64,000 nt of DNA from assembly GCA_963697015.1 (NCBI GenBank), contig CAVOML010000024.1:12227-76226 (forward strand), given 5' to 3'. This stretch comes from an uncultured Alphaproteobacteria bacterium (GTDB lineage Bacteria; Pseudomonadota; Alphaproteobacteria; Rhizobiales; Xanthobacteraceae). The notes beneath the pieces were generated by a model. It did no database searches, was not told the origin of the DNA, and saw only the letters and a list, made by a program, of their open reading frames with translations. A program made the translations under genes and the position numbers. Shown here piece after piece: positions 63,710 to 64,000 of the stretch (within the stretch, counting starts at the first letter, position 1; each line of letters starts with the position of its first letter).

Positions 63710-64000
63710 ATGACAACAGCGGCGGAAGGACGGGAGCTCACCCAGGTCGGCCCCGGAACCGTCATGGGCGAGTTGATGCGGCAGTACTGGATCCCCGCGG
63801 CGCCCTCCACCGAGCTCGTGCGCGACGGCGCGCCGATCCGGCTGATGCTGCTCGGGGAAAAGCTGATCGCGTTTCGCGACACGGAGGGCCGGGTCGGCGT
63901 GATGGACCATCGCTGCCCGCACCGCTGCGCCTCGCTGTTCCTCGGACGCAACGAGGAAGGCGGCATCCGTTGCATCTATCACGGCTGGAAATACGACGTC
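63710..64000 (+). CDS. Second Rieske oxygenase alpha subunit (truncated by window edge; not in ORF track)
   Basis: RBS GGGAGG; MTTAAEGRELTQVGPGTVMGELMRQYW...CPHRCASL...CIYHGWKYD. Confidence 0.9.
   Translation, partial: MTTAAEGRELTQVGPGTVMGELMRQYWIPAAPSTELVRDGAPIRLMLLGEKLIAFRDTEGRVGVMDHRCPHRCASLFLGRNEEGGIRCIYHGWKYDV

Overview
GC-rich alphaproteobacterial chromosome segment, most consistent with Bradyrhizobium or a close relative (inferred from gene content and repeat families). The core backbone is: nuoA-G on the minus strand (truncated at the left edge, with three non-nuo genes inserted), tRNA-Asp, tRNA-Val, tRNA-Leu-tig-clpP-clpX-lon, glnB-glnA with a sigma54 promoter, rplM-rpsI, metY, ctaA and a unipolar-polysaccharide-like (upp-like) EPS locus. 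Accessory features are: a full-length class C group II intron inserted just downstream of the lon terminator, a RelE/HTH toxin-antitoxin pair whose toxin begins with ATA, two Rieske oxygenase genes, a DyP-encapsulin operon, several REP-type palindromes (one nested), a ~500-nt structured intergenic element, and a serine hydrolase gene flanked by a repeated ACTTCCGC-N13/14-GCGGAYGT palindrome that resembles a cassette boundary. Several conserved genes carry single-base frameshifts, and five conserved residues appear altered by G-to-A changes inside GANTC motifs. Both patterns point to long-read consensus errors, so apparent pseudogenes and fusions should be treated with caution.
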